DNA of 64,000 bases from an uncultured Acidimicrobiia bacterium (GTDB taxonomy: Bacteria > Acidobacteriota > Terriglobia > Versatilivoradales > Versatilivoraceae), in NCBI GenBank assembly GCA_963786955.1, contig CAWBAT010000005.1, positions 160,001-224,000 on the forward strand, read 5' to 3'. This document shows, one piece after another, positions 1 through 11,447 of the stretch. The position numbers were made by a program, and so were the translations under genes. A model generated the notes under the pieces. The model was given only the letters and a program-made list of their open reading frames with translations, was not told the origin of the DNA and ran no database searches. Numbering within the stretch: the first letter of the stretch is position 1; each line of letters begins with the position of its first letter.

Positions 1-1
1 C

Positions 2-892
2 TCACTGAAGGCCTTTCACACCGCTGGATTCCTAGGGACTGAATACGGACCATTCTTCATACCGGATCCCAATGATTCGGTGGCCAGTACTCGCCCGCCA
101 TCTCACATGAGTGCGCTGCGCTTTCGCCAGCGCTACGAAAAATACAACCAACTGGTAGCCGACAGCCCCATCCTCCGTTATGGAAGTGACTACCAGCAAG
201 ATTCTCTCCTCCGTTCTGTAGAAAACGCTCATCGACTGCTCAATTCTCCAGCGGCCAAAGCGTTCGATCTCTCCCTGGAACCCAAAGCCATCTATGACAC
301 CTACAATACCGGCCGATTTGGGCTGGGATGCCTATTGGCGCGGCGACTCACGGAATCGGGGGCACGCTTTATCGAAGTGACCACGGAATACATCCCCTTC
401 CGGCATTGGGATACTCATGAGAACGGGCATCAACGAACCATCAAAATGAAGGAAGATATTGATGCACCGGTTTCCCAGCTCATTCTGGATCTCGAAGAGC
501 GAGGGTTGCTGGATCGAACCATTGTAGTCATCGCCAGTGAATTTGGGCGAGATATGATGGTGGAAGGGAAGCCCGGACGAACCGTGAGAGATCAAATCAA
601 ACAACCCGACATCATGACAGAACCCAAACACTACGGCATGCACCGGCACTTTACCGAAGCCTGCAGCGTATTGATTTTTGGTGGAGGTTTTAAAAAAGGC
701 TTCCTCTACGGAAAGACCGCTGACGAGCGACCCTGTAAAATTATTGAAAACCCGGTGACGATTGAAGACCTGCACGCAACTCTTTACTATGCCTTGGGAA
801 TTCCTTCCGATCTGGCATACATTGTGGAGCAGAGACCTGTTTATGTGACGAAAGATGGCAAGGGGAAACCTGTCATGGAACTCTTCGCTTAA
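2..892 (+). CDS. DUF1501 domain-containing protein, 5' partial
   Basis: Frame is open from position 2. Motifs FGLGCLLARRL..GARFIEV, WDTH, LILDLEERGLLDRTIVVIASEFGR and DLHATLY..LGI are typical of DUF1501. Confidence 0.85.
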   Translation, partial: SLKAFHTAGFLGTEYGPFFIPDPNDSVASTRPPSHMSALRFRQRYEKYNQLVADSPILRYGSDYQQDSLLRSVENAHRLLNSPAAKAFDLSLEPKAIYDTYNTGRFGLGCLLARRLTESGARFIEVTTEYIPFRHWDTHENGHQRTIKMKEDIDAPVSQLILDLEERGLLDRTIVVIASEFGRDMMVEGKPGRTVRDQIKQPDIMTEPKHYGMHRHFTEACSVLIFGGGFKKGFLYGKTADERPCKIIENPVTIEDLHATLYYALGIPSDLAYIVEQRPVYVTKDGKGKPVMELFA

Positions 893-960
893 ACCCTCTG
901 TCAACAGGGAATACGTCCGTCCCCACCAAAATTGAAATTTCTGAATCTCTTGATGCTCTG

Positions 961-1325
961 GAGGGTCGAACTCCTGCGAGACCGGAGTCCAGAGTTCGGA
1001 GTCAAAGGTCAAAGGTCCGGAGTTAGGAATCCGGAGTCCGGAGTCAAAAGGCAGAAAGCAGTGAGCAGATTCTCCTTCTTTTTGTTTTCCCACCTATATA
1101 TAAGGGGAGATTAGGGTCGTGGGGGTACACCTTATACGCTTTCTTGCGGCCATATCTACTTTACGCTTTTGCTTTAAGCTTTGACTTTCGACTTTAGACC
1201 TTGGACACTCATTCAGTTGGCTTTCCCCGTGTTCCTCGTGGTTCAGTTTGTTACTTATCTTTGCGTCCTTTGCGTTCTTTGCGAGAGCTAGCTTTTCAAT
1301 CGGCAATCGACAATTGGCGTCGTGG
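961..1325. repeat. Composite intergenic repeat block (REP-like unit, 7-bp and 9-bp periodic repeats)
   Basis: Contains GGAGTCC/GGTCAAA heptamers and the core TTGGACACTCATTCAGTTGGCTTTCCCCGT (1201), which recurs at 40834, 41788 and 58472. Confidence 0.8.
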
Positions 1326-1611
1326 AACTCCGCTCACTCCTTCTTTCCAAAAAAAGAGCTTTCAATTCCCCATCCGACTTCACTTTGGAAGAGCTAGTTT
1401 CTTTGTACGTCACCACAACTAAAAAAAAGCCAATGTTCATCGATTTTCCTTGATGAAGCTGTTTGAAGGAACGGAATGAGCTATTGTTCCTAATAAAAAC
1501 GATGACCGTGTCGGAATATGGGGAGTATTGAAAGTGGAACCCGCTCCCTGCAGGACTTCTGACTACAGGTACTCCATTTACCCCAGATTTCCGAAGTTGT
1601 GTGAGCGTCGC

Positions 1612-1692
1612 TAGGGTGGAGTGGGCACGTGGGACCGCTGTCCCCCCGCGTACGCTCAATGAACGCGCGGCGGAGCGCGCATTCCACCTGAA
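1612..1692. repeat. Dispersed palindromic repeat (GGGACCGCTGTCCC family)
   Basis: Related copies in the opposite orientation at ~22435-22508 and ~43419-43493. Confidence 0.7.
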
Positions 1693-1763
1693 TCCGCAGG
1701 TCAGTCAAAACAGCAATCAGATGGAAATTCCGCCTGCCCAACTTCGTAATTCGGGTTTAGCCG

Positions 1764-2882
1764 TTATTGAGTCTCATGCCTGAACTTGATCAATTTTCGA
1801 TAGATCCGGTTCAGCTCAACTTGATTGGCTTCTTTACTTTCGGAAGAATTGGCTGCGAAACGATACGTTCTATCCGCAAACTGTATCTTTAGTTTGTGGT
1901 CGAGTTCAATTTCAATGATGTCTGAGGGGGAATGTTTGAATGCATCTCCAGAATTTTCAAAAGGTAGGTATCTGATAGAACGACTTGAAATTTGTAACTG
2001 TCCCTTGCAGCTACCCAGGCGATGTTCATGAACGACGGGAAAGACTTCCGTTATCAGTGAATCTTCTTGAGTGCTCTCTGGGGGACTTGGTGCGTTCTGG
2101 ACAACGGGATCATGCAATTCAATGGGCGCGTCTCGAGGATCCACCTTTTTAGGCTCTGCAATCTGAAGTTCTTTCGATTCTCCCCCGGAAGACTGACTTT
2201 GATTCGATTCAACGACGGGTTGGTCGGGCAGATGGGGGGCGCGCACACGATGGGTCCAATGATTCAGCATTGCTAAAAATAACACAATACTGGCAACAAG
2301 TGCCGCTACTCTAACAACTCTTCTTAAGAGGTGGTTCACCCCATCCGTCTTCGGACCTACCCCCGAATCCTTGACTTTTGATAACTCCACCAGGCTGCTC
2401 TCTGGAGCAGAAGTGACCACAGGCAAGGGGCTGGCTTGCGTCACCCGTTCATTATCGGGGACATCCTTACGGGGTCCTCTAGGCTGCTTGAGTACTAGAT
2501 CTGCTTCATCAAAGACCTGGAAAGCACTCACGACACCTGTCTTGTCGTGGCTTGATTCCTGATCAACCAGAATTTGCCGGCTGAGTTCGAGGTAATCTCT
2601 GAAATTACGGTTCTGTGGCTCAAGCTGACAAAGAAATTGAAACGACTTTAAACAGTCGCTGTAACGCTCCTGATCAAATTGCTTGGTCGATTCATTCTTG
2701 AGGTTTTCAATTTGGATCTCGAGTTCTTCCAGTACTTTTTGGCCAGAGGGGCCGGAAGCTTGCGCCACAATCTTCATGAGCAGCCCATGGTCCCTGCTCT
2801 CGAAACAAGCCTTTACCTGTTGTATCTGTTCACTCGTTGTAGTCATAGCAAAGCAAGATGTTGCCCAAGCATTGCGTCTCAT
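1764..2882 (-). CDS. Hypothetical single-pass membrane protein (N-terminal TPR-like helices, C-terminal PH-like domain)
   Basis: 372-aa ORF with a TM segment VVRVAALVASIVLFLAML and a C-terminal HEHRLGSCKGQLQIS motif. Confidence 0.6.
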   Translation of the reverse strand: MRRNAWATSCFAMTTTSEQIQQVKACFESRDHGLLMKIVAQASGPSGQKVLEELEIQIENLKNESTKQFDQERYSDCLKSFQFLCQLEPQNRNFRDYLELSRQILVDQESSHDKTGVVSAFQVFDEADLVLKQPRGPRKDVPDNERVTQASPLPVVTSAPESSLVELSKVKDSGVGPKTDGVNHLLRRVVRVAALVASIVLFLAMLNHWTHRVRAPHLPDQPVVESNQSQSSGGESKELQIAEPKKVDPRDAPIELHDPVVQNAPSPPESTQEDSLITEVFPVVHEHRLGSCKGQLQISSRSIRYLPFENSGDAFKHSPSDIIEIELDHKLKIQFADRTYRFAANSSESKEANQVELNRIYRKLIKFRHETQ

Positions 2883-3412
2883 GCGGCGGCACAGTCTGCC
2901 CCCCCCTATCCGGGCAGAAGACCTCGAGACACAACAACCTATCTTAAATTCCTTTTTGAATAATCGTCGAGTAGAAAGGATTGAATGAGCTGTATTTTAG
3001 AGGCGTGGTTAAGTTGTTGTAAAATAAATGCCTTACCCGTCAGTTTCACATCTGCCTTAGTAGAATTTAGCCACCTGTGCAAGCTAATCTGGCCTTCATT
3101 GCTGGGAGCGCGGGCATCTTGCTCGCATTTCACCACGAGCGAACCCAATCCTCTAAAGGAAGGAAATGAAAACTCGTCCCCTCTGGAACGTTCAAAGGAA
3201 GGCGTTAACCTTCAGGCGTGGCCTTTCCCGTTTGCGACATTCCTATTTGTCATTGATCAGTTTCCATTTACCATTTTTCATTTACCCCTTTCAATTGAAA
3301 ATGAGAGATGAATATTGAACAACGGCAGATGATTCTCCATTGAAAGTCCCCTGAGAAGGTAGCGAGAAGCATTTTGGAAACCTCTGGTGTCAAGTCGAAT
3401 GGAGCTAAGAAA

Positions 3413-3580
3413 GTTATGCGTTAGTTATCGGGGGAATTTCTGGTAGGGCGCGCTCGCCGAGCGCGCCGCGGACGGCCCGGCGGTCCGTCCCTACCCGCCC
3501 AGCCGCTACAGAAGCGACAATCTCAAATCGTCACCGAAGGCCTTGCCCTTACAGATTTCCCCCCGTAACTAACGCATTAC
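3413..3580. mobile_element. MITE with ~30-bp imperfect terminal inverted repeats and an 8-bp target duplication, carrying a GTAG-type REP doublet
   Basis: Left end GTTATGCGTTAGTTATCGGGGGAA; right end (reverse complement) GTAATGCGTTAGTTACGGGGGGAA; CTAAGAAA at 3405-3412 and 3581-3588; internal GTAG...CTAC palindromes at 3443-3494. Confidence 0.7.
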
Positions 3581-3965
3581 CTAAGAAATTACTGTTCATT
3601 ATAAAACGACCATTGACTATACTGGGGTTCCCTAAATGCCAAAAAGGAAATACCTGTTTCTACCGAACGAATCCAGAACCTTTTTGGGAGGCTTTGAAAC
3701 CGCATTACCGAATGATGAAGGCGGGCGACAGCACATCGCTGAATCGTTTGCTGCGGGATTGCCGTATGACCAGAACGACGGGTAATCGAAAGACGCTTTC
3801 CCGAAGGCTCGTCGGCAAGAATGGCAGATCTGGTGGTGTCGGCAACTGATGGCGACCGTTCCGCGGAATGACCGTCGCAGGCAGAGCGCAGAAAACACGT
3901 TCACCTGTCGGTTCGGAAGCGATCCGCAGGTCGATGTCGAATGATCAACCAGAGGAGGGAAGGAA

Positions 3966-4685
3966 ATGAGGCTCAAAGGAAAAGTGGCGCTTGTGACCGG
4001 CGCATCACGCGGCATCGGTTTTACCGTGGCCGAGTTGTTCACCCGGGAGGGCGCGATTGTCTATGCCGGCAGTTCAAGCAACCCGTCCGGCATCTTTCCT
4101 GCCGGCGTGACCGGAGTAGAGTTGGACGTCTCGAAAGAAGAGCACTGGAAACGAGTGGTGGCCGACATCGTGGCGGCGCGCGGGAGGGTGGATGTTCTGG
4201 TGAACAACGCCGGCATCGCCGTATATGACGCCGTACATAACTGCAGCACCGAGAACTGGCGCAAGGTTCTGGGTGTGAACCAGGACGGTTGCTTCTTCGG
4301 AATGAGAGAAGTGATCCCGCACATGAAGGCGCATAAGGCCGGTTCGATCATCAACGTGTCCTCGGTCTGGGGGATCGCTGCAGTGCCGGGCGCGCACGCC
4401 TATCACGCGACCAAAGGCGCGTTGGTCATGATGTCGAAAAATACAGCCATCACCTATGCCAGTGATGGGATCCGCGTGAATACGATCCATCCGGGCTTTA
4501 TTGACACACCGCTGACCCGGGCACAGGACCCGGCCATCAACGCCAACATCATCGGCGTGACGCCTATGAAGCGCGCAGGCACCTCGCTTGAAATCGCTTA
4601 CGGTTGTCTTTTCCTTGCCTCCGACGAGTCGAGCTTCATGACAGGCACCGAACTCGTGATCGACGGCGGATACCTTGCTCAGTAG
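3966..4685 (+). CDS. SDR family NAD(P)-dependent oxidoreductase
   Basis: TGASRGIG, NNAG, YHATK (YxxxK) and IRVNTIHPG motifs; GGAGG-like RBS. Confidence 0.95.
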   Translation: MRLKGKVALVTGASRGIGFTVAELFTREGAIVYAGSSSNPSGIFPAGVTGVELDVSKEEHWKRVVADIVAARGRVDVLVNNAGIAVYDAVHNCSTENWRKVLGVNQDGCFFGMREVIPHMKAHKAGSIINVSSVWGIAAVPGAHAYHATKGALVMMSKNTAITYASDGIRVNTIHPGFIDTPLTRAQDPAINANIIGVTPMKRAGTSLEIAYGCLFLASDESSFMTGTELVIDGGYLAQ

Positions 4686-4972
4686 CCCGCGGCAGACGTG
4701 ACGATCCACCGCGGAGTTACCTTCCTGGTGCAGGCAGAGGACGGCAGTGGGTTCGTCAAAAGCCGAGCCAGGAAGTTCCAGCCACGGACTCCTATCTCAT
4801 TTGGTGAATTGATTCGTTCCGTAAAAGGTTTGGTGGCTTCTTCGCGATGCCTGAAACATTATGCTTTCCAGAGCTTGGTCTTCGCGAGGGCGCTGCAGCG
4901 GTCTTCCGGCGTTTGAAACTGAAGCGCCGCTGCACAGTCTCTCTTAATATTCACCTATGCAGGAATTCATGT

Positions 4973-5296
4973 TCAGGAGAGGACTGAGTTTTTGGGAGGG
5001 ATTTGCAGATTGCTGCAAGGGAAGAAGATGGAGGATCGTAATTCTTTCTCAACTAGGTCGCCAACATCGGTATAGAGTACGCCAATCATAAGGCTTCCTG
5101 TTTTGCAGTTGTGCTTCCAGGCAGAGTCTCCTTTATGGGTTTCCACAGAGTCTCTTACATTCTTTGACACTCCACAATCGATGGGGAAATAAATTGGGGA
5201 CTGATAACAAACGATCACATACACCCCTGGCTTTTCCTGCAGCGTCGAAAAGTCTTCGAAGGGGCCATCAAAAAGGTGGGCGCCCACTTTTAACAT
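4973..5296 (-). CDS. Small hypothetical protein, possibly a degenerate GIY-YIG-like domain
   Basis: PGVYVI...IDCGVSKNVR resembles the GIY-YIG hairpin, but the catalytic positions are degenerate. Confidence 0.45.
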   Translation of the reverse strand: MLKVGAHLFDGPFEDFSTLQEKPGVYVIVCYQSPIYFPIDCGVSKNVRDSVETHKGDSAWKHNCKTGSLMIGVLYTDVGDLVEKELRSSIFFPCSNLQIPPKNSVLS

Positions 5297-5560
5297 GCTT
5301 TTGACTCTCTTCCTCGGTCTGCTCTAGTTTCCAAGTAAATCAAAAGGACCCACAACGTGCCGTGTAAAGATCAACAAGTATGTGCGTATTTAGGCACTTT
5401 CATAAGACAATAGCTCGATTTTTTGGATTGTCAAGCGTGATTAACCAAGGAAGCGAATTCCCGCTGTCGCCGATTGGGCGGGTCACTTTTGCATTATGAA
5501 AATCATTTCGGGGCGACCATTTGGAATGTCCCGCCAGAACTACCCGTCACACGAGCTCCG

Positions 5561-6124
5561 CTACAGTCTGTTAGCAAATCGAATTCGCATGAGGTAAAGA
5601 CAGCTAGGCTTTGAATCGATACATCCCGACCCGACTGTTACGTGGATGTGAATGGTGTCGTGAGACAAGCTAACTTTGTTGATTGGGGACGCCGGAACCT
5701 GGAGATTAATAGTGTATTCCCCATCCGCCAAAATTCCTGTGGCGACAGTGAATCTCGTGCTTTGAATAGAGTTGTTATCTGAAATCTCGAACCCAGCAGG
5801 GAGGATAATGGAACTTGAAAGAGATCCTACGGCGTTGAAGCTTACTGAGGCAGCTTCACCACTCCTTCGATTCGTGTCGTTGAGCTGAAACTGGAGCGGG
5901 AATGTTTGATTCAGAGATCCTCCTATAGGCAAGCAGAAGGAATAAAACCATTGTCGGTAAGAATTGCCGGGCACTGTTGGCGCCACATCACCCGCACTTC
6001 CGAAGCTAGTTTGGGCTGAAACTACCAATTCATCCTTCTGAGGAGGAGCCGCCAGAATCGAATTTGAAAGGGGGGCTCCAATTACCCATAGACAGAATAC
6101 CCAGCCTATCATTGGTCTCTTCAT
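5561..6124 (-). CDS. Secreted hypothetical protein (possibly truncated)
   Basis: Signal-peptide-like N-terminus, beta-rich composition, RBS and an upstream sigma54 motif. Confidence 0.6.
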   Translation of the reverse strand: MKRPMIGWVFCLWVIGAPLSNSILAAPPQKDELVVSAQTSFGSAGDVAPTVPGNSYRQWFYSFCLPIGGSLNQTFPLQFQLNDTNRRSGEAASVSFNAVGSLSSSIILPAGFEISDNNSIQSTRFTVATGILADGEYTINLQVPASPINKVSLSHDTIHIHVTVGSGCIDSKPSCLYLMRIRFANRL

Positions 6125-6177
6125 TTGTTATTTTCCCCCTCTTTTGACCTGGGCAATTGCATGACGAGAAGGAATAG

Positions 6178-6194
6178 TGCAAGCGTCAGGCCAG
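6178..6194 (-). promoter_or_regulatory. Putative sigma54 -24/-12 promoter
   Basis: Minus strand reads CTGGCCTGACGCTTGCA (GG-N10-GC with TTGC), ~55 bp upstream of the ATG at 6124. Confidence 0.55.
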
Positions 6195-6617
6195 AACTCG
6201 AGCCATCCTCCTGCGACCCCGAATCCCTAGAAAGAACGAGGAGTTAGACAGAATTGAGTAATGGAACTTATTTTCTCTTAGCTGGACAAATGGGGAAAAC
6301 ACTTCCAAAAGTGATCATTTTATAGCCCTCTTCTTATGCCAGTCGCCCGATGGAATACTTAACATGAGAAGTGGGTCTCACAGGAGTTCGCCCCCCCATC
6401 AAGTCTATTGCTTCCAGCACACATTCTTGGGTATACTCGGCGCCTCTGTTTATGATCACCGCGCCTATGTATGAGGGTTGTGGGGATACATACTCAGATG
6501 GGTATTACATATTTTCAAAGGCAGGCGTTTAAAAGGAGCATCCGCAGTAGAACATTTTTTAAAAGCAAAAATTCCGCATTGCCTCGAATTTTTCATCATT
6601 AACGCCTTACCGCAAAA

Positions 6618-6693
<76 letters not shown>

Positions 6694-6718
6694 CTTAAAC
6701 CTCATTAATTCAATAGTT

Positions 6719-7816
6719 TCAAGCCATTTTCGCTTTTTGTTCAAGATTGGTAGTTTTGGGAGTGTCACTACCATCTGTCACTACCCTTTGCCGATCACTG
6801 AGTTTTTCAAATGCTTGCGTGATGGCTTGGGCCTGGGGGTGAATGTAACGCTGCGTGATTGTGATGGAGCTGTGCCCGGCAATAGTTTTCAAGGTGAATG
6901 TATCGCACTGCCCGGAAAGATTAGTTAGGGCAGTATGGCGGAGACAGTAGGGCGGAAAGGGTTTCAGTTTAGAGGTTTCGTTCACTTTCTCTATCGCCCT
7001 TGCGTGCTGGTTCTTGGCGCTGTTTTGTTCAAGGTGCCCGGATTTTGAGCCGGAAGGGAAAACCCATCCTTCCGCGGGGGCCCCTTGCTTTAAATGGCGG
7101 GATTGGAGAATGCTGCGAACTTCAGGAACTAAGGGCAACAAGCGGCGGGCAGCTTTTGATTTCCCTTTTGTGATTTCAATGAGCCCGGTTTCGGTTAATG
7201 TGATTTGTTCCCATCGAAGCCCGTAAATTTCAGATGGCCTCAGCCCGAGGCAAAACATCATAAGCGCACAATCTCTCCACGGCTGAGCACAAGCGGTAAT
7301 GTAGAGGCGCATTTCTTCATCGGTAAGGATTCGATCTCTTTGGCGCTCCCCCGGGGCTAGTGTTACTTTTGGAGCCCTGTCTAGTCTGTGCCATTGCTCA
7401 GCTAATCTCAAAGCCCGGCGCAATGTGCGGAGAGCCTGATTAATAGTGCTGGGTGAGTAGCGGTTCAACTTGGCTGCAAACTGCCCGGCGTGTTGGTCGG
7501 TGATTTCATCCAAGCGCAATCTGGCAAGGCTAGACGAAAGAACCCTTTTTGCCCCTTGCTTATAATAGATGGCCGATTTGGGCGAGGCTTTGAATTTTGT
7601 TTCGATGAAAGGAAGGAATTCATCCTTGAAAAAATCTTTCAAAACTGGGGCCTGGCGCGGTTGTAGGATTCCATAATTCCCTTCAGCTAATTCACTGCGG
7701 ATTTTTGATTCAATTTTGCCCGCGGTTCTCTTTGTAGTGGCCCGGGTTGGCTTGTCTATGATTTCCGCTTTCCAATGGAAGCGGGTCCAATAGTAACGGC
7801 CTCTTTTGTAAATCAT
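6719..7816 (-). CDS. int: Tyrosine recombinase / phage integrase
   Basis: GLRPSEI, KGKS, YCLRHT and AGHSSITITQRY catalytic motifs; N-terminal arm-binding region; adjacent to the tRNA. Confidence 0.95.
   Translation of the reverse strand: MIYKRGRYYWTRFHWKAEIIDKPTRATTKRTAGKIESKIRSELAEGNYGILQPRQAPVLKDFFKDEFLPFIETKFKASPKSAIYYKQGAKRVLSSSLARLRLDEITDQHAGQFAAKLNRYSPSTINQALRTLRRALRLAEQWHRLDRAPKVTLAPGERQRDRILTDEEMRLYITACAQPWRDCALMMFCLGLRPSEIYGLRWEQITLTETGLIEITKGKSKAARRLLPLVPEVRSILQSRHLKQGAPAEGWVFPSGSKSGHLEQNSAKNQHARAIEKVNETSKLKPFPPYCLRHTALTNLSGQCDTFTLKTIAGHSSITITQRYIHPQAQAITQAFEKLSDRQRVVTDGSDTPKTTNLEQKAKMA
6763..6785 (+). promoter_or_regulatory. Putative integrase arm-type sites (TGTCACTACC x2)
   Basis: Copies at 6763 and 6776; a matching pair with the same 13-bp spacing lies at 15318 and 15331 near the other att site. 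Confidence 0.7.
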
Positions 7817-8725
7817 TTTCTTTTCCTCCCGCGTTTCTTCCTTTTAGAAATCTCTTTCTCTTTCCGGGCTCGATAACTTTTCTGGTTCTTATGCCGCTCC
7901 ATACACCGGCTACTCGCAGGGCCTGAGCTCCCCTCTGTATCCCAGGGGAGCCGGGCAATATTTCATCCTTCCACTTGTCGCAATAAAAGGGCGGTGACAA
8001 TGCAGGCAACGGCGAATAGAGGCTTGTGTAGCGGAATCAGCAACAAGCCAATAAATCACATCCAACAAGCAACCCGGGTGAAAGCCTCTTTTGATTCCCC
8101 CGGCGTCAATCTTGATTATGCAGCGCATCCCCTCAAGATTTTTGGACAATACCGTTTTGATGATTTCCTGGGCGATTTCCTTATGATTGGGACCCAGTGG
8201 CCTCCAGGCCTGGTAAGGGTATAGATGAACGCGATAAGCGTATGAGTAGAGGATTTGCGGCTTTCCATGTTTAATGCTGATGAGTGAATCGAGAACCTCC
8301 TTTAGAGATGCAGGCCCGGCCTGAAGGCCTTCTATGAGGTCCATGAGAAGCTTAACTGTTTTGGCATGGGCCGAAATCCAAGTGACAGGATCTCCTTTTA
8401 AGGGGCTGTACCCCAAAAGCCCGTAGCGGCGGGCAAAATCGAGGATGGCCGATTCATCTTGATTAACGAGTTTTGCAAACTCCCCGGGCAATTCAGGGCG
8501 GGCCATTGGTAAATACCGCGCTACTTTTGGAGAATCAGCCAAGCCGAAATCTTGCTTCCCATCTGTCCCAACAAGCGACCCCTCAACAATCCGATAGTTC
8601 TCGAAAACCGGCCACAATGCAGTAACCATGCGGGTTTTCGCTTCCTCAATTTCATCATACGGAATATTCATTTCCTGACCTTCATTATTCATACTGTTTA
8701 AATACGTTGAAACAGTGTTAAACAT
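7813..8725 (-). CDS. Putative regulator with C-terminal CGNR-like zinc finger (frameshift near 7915)
   Basis: RRCLHCHRPF...KYCP; a shifted frame continues SSRCMERHKNQKSYRARK to a TGA overlapping the integrase ATG. Confidence 0.55.
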
Positions 8726-8791
8726 TCTTCTATATTCTAGTCTGTACGGTGTTGGAGTGCAACAAAATTATTCAGGAAAGGATGAAGCACT

Positions 8792-8989
8792 ATGAAGAAC
8801 TCGAAAGAAAGCGTTGAGCGGTCGGCTTTTTTCCCAAAGGAAGTTGCTGAGAAAACCGGGCTCAGTTTGGCTTTCGTTTGGAAAGACATTCGAAAGGGCG
8901 GCCTACAATCTTGCCGAGCTGGGCGCCGGATTCTGATTTCAGCCCGGGAATTAGAACGCTACTTACAAGAAGGAAGCAGGAAGAACTAA
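8792..8989 (+). CDS. Excisionase / AlpA-like HTH DNA-binding protein
   Basis: EVAEKTGLS...I..G.L...RAGRRILIS..EL..YL pattern; divergent from the regulator and integrase. Confidence 0.85.
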   Translation: MKNSKESVERSAFFPKEVAEKTGLSLAFVWKDIRKGGLQSCRAGRRILISARELERYLQEGSRKN

Positions 8990-9002
8990 AAGGGGATTAA
9001 CC

Positions 9003-9218
9003 ATGAAAACAACCAATATGCAATTGCCATTGATGTATCCAGAACCCAGGCCGGAGTGTGACGAGGAGTCAGCACTCACCCGCGGATTGCGGGCTGATTT
9101 TGAATTTCTAAAAAGACAAAGTGCTGAGATGGCAGCTTCATATAAGCGGAAAATTTCTCAGCTTGAAAAAAGCTCGCCCAGGTTAAAGCCCAGGTGTTGC
9201 CTTTTGACTAAGGGGTAG
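9003..9218 (+). CDS. Small hypothetical protein of the satellite
   Basis: RBS present; tightly packed between the excisionase and the primase. Confidence 0.55.
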   Translation: MKTTNMQLPLMYPEPRPECDEESALTRGLRADFEFLKRQSAEMAASYKRKISQLEKSSPRLKPRCCLLTKG

Positions 9219-9221
9219 CCA

Positions 9222-11447
9222 ATGGCAAAAGAAAAGCCCGCTGGAGTAAACAGCGGGCCTGGAACAAATTCCAATAAACAGAATCATTCTAGCACACCCG
9301 CGCCCTCTCTTCCTGAGTTTCTGTCTGCTTTTTTTGGTTCTGATGAACCCATACACTTCCGGGCCTTTGGGCCGAAGGGCTGCGATTCCAACAAGCTGGA
9401 ATTTAAGCCAATCAAGCGAATGGCAACACTCGAAGAACTCCCCGGGCTAAAAACAGACCTAGTGAAAATCAATCGCACCCGAGGGCTTTACTTTGTAGTA
9501 AACCCCGGAGGCGACAAAGATTCAGACATTTCCCGTTATACCGCGGCCTTTGTAGAAAGCGACACCCGGCCTATCTCAGAGCAACATTCAGTTTTAGATA
9601 AAGCCCCTCTTCCCTCTTCCATTCGAGTTGAAACAAAAAAATCCGTACATGCTTATTGGCTACTCAAGCCCGGCGGTACAGAGGCCCAATGGAGGCAAAT
9701 GCAGGCCGGGCTATTGGCCCATTTCGGCGGAGACCCGGCAATCAAGAACCCTTCCCGGGTGATGCGGCTCCCATTTTTCAAGCATGTTTCATTGAACGGC
9801 TCGGGCTTGGTTTACAAGCGGGTTGAGCTTCGGCAATTCGACCCGGAGCGGCGCTATTCGGCTGAAGAACTGTTGAAAGCTTTTCCCGCTCCCCAGGATG
9901 AGCCGGGGCCAAGGGAAGAGACAAAAGGGAAGAACCCCGGCATTTATACAACCTGGGATGAATTGAACGCGGAACTGCGGCGCCGGATTGCGGCGCATCC
10001 AAGCGCGGCTATTAGGCCGGACGGAACAATCCATTCTCAAGGCGTCTGCCATGCTGGAAAGAGTATTGGAAAGGCCGGGGCTTTGATTCTATTCCCGGGA
10101 ACCGGGGCCTTTAGCTGTACGTCGGGATGTGAGACCCCGGCCATTCTGAAGGCCTTCGGGCTTCCTGAGAAGCCGGAGGGGAGGGTTGAGGTTGACTTGA
10201 ATTCAGGCTCGGAAGAAGAAGAGGCCTCCCCACAATTGACGCTTGAGCCGGAGGCCTTTCAAGGGATTCTTGGCGACATTGTAGGGACGATTGAACCACA
10301 CACAGAGGCCGACCCCGCGGCTTTGTTGGCTCAATTCTTGGTTGCTCTCGGGAACTTGATCGGGTTCGGGCCTTATGTCAAAGCGGACGGGGGCTTGCAT
10401 GGAACTAATCTGTTTGCTGTTTTAGTTGGCAAGTCAAGCAAGGCTAGAAAAGGAACTTCCTGGGGCTGGGTTCATTCGATTATGAAAGAGGTTGATGAGA
10501 TTTGGGAATCTAAGCGCATTGCGTGCGGGCTCTCTAGTGGAGAGGGCCTGATTTACGCTGTGCGGGATCCGTTGGAAAAAAGAGAAGGGCCCCCGGGATC
10601 CCGGCGTTGATGACAAACGCTTGCTTGTTGTAGAGACCGAATTCAGCGCGGCACTCAAATCAATGAACCGGGAAGGCTGCACTCTCTCTGCAATCATTCG
10701 GCAAGCATTTGACCGGCAAACCCTCCGCACCCTAACCCGGAATTCCCCTATTAGTGCGACTGAACCGCATGTGTCAATCATTGGGCACATTACCGCGGAT
10801 GAATTAAGAAGGCTTCTCACCGAGGTTGAGTGTTGGAACGGGTTCTCCAATCGGTTTCTATGGCTTTTCACTCGCAGAAGCAAACTATTGCCCGAGGGCG
10901 GGAAACTTGATGCAGCGGCCCTTGTGCCTTTCTATGAGCCCCTGCGCAAAGCGGTCAATTTTGCGCGTACCGTTGATGAGGTAGGACGTACTGAGGAATT
11001 TAGAGGGCGATGGGCGGAAGTCTATCCGGCGTTGAGTGCTGAGCATCCGGGGCTATTGGGTGCGGTAATAAGCCGGGGGAGGCGCTTACTCTTCGGCTCT
11101 CTCTTCTCTACGCCCTGCTTGATTCTTCGCCCATCCTGAAAGAGAAGCATCTAAAAGCGGCCCTGGCTGTTTGGCAATATGCCGAGGATTCGGCCCGGCT
11201 GGTGTTTGGTAAGAAAGCGGGCGATGCCTTGGCTAACAAGATTCTCGAATTCCTGAGTCAGTCTGAAGGCGGGCGGCTGAGCAAGACTGAAATATCAAAT
11301 AAGTTAGGCCGACATCAGAAGGCGGAACGTATTGATGAAGCCCTTGACACCCTTCGAAGGCTTGGGTTGGCAGAGTGTATTCAGCAAGAAACAGAAGGCA
11401 GGCCTATTGAACTATGGAAAGTTAAGAGTGCGAAACAAGCGAATTAA
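9222..11447 (+). CDS. RepB-type primase fused to a DUF3987-like helicase/ATPase and winged helix, split by frameshifts (9222-10610, 10621-11139, 11202-11447)
   Basis: FVESD, VETKKSVHAYW and DPAIKNPSRVMRLP (RepB/AEP primase); VGKSSKARKGTS, GLSSGEGL, EFS..LK and NGFSNRFLW (DUF3987-like). Confidence 0.8.
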
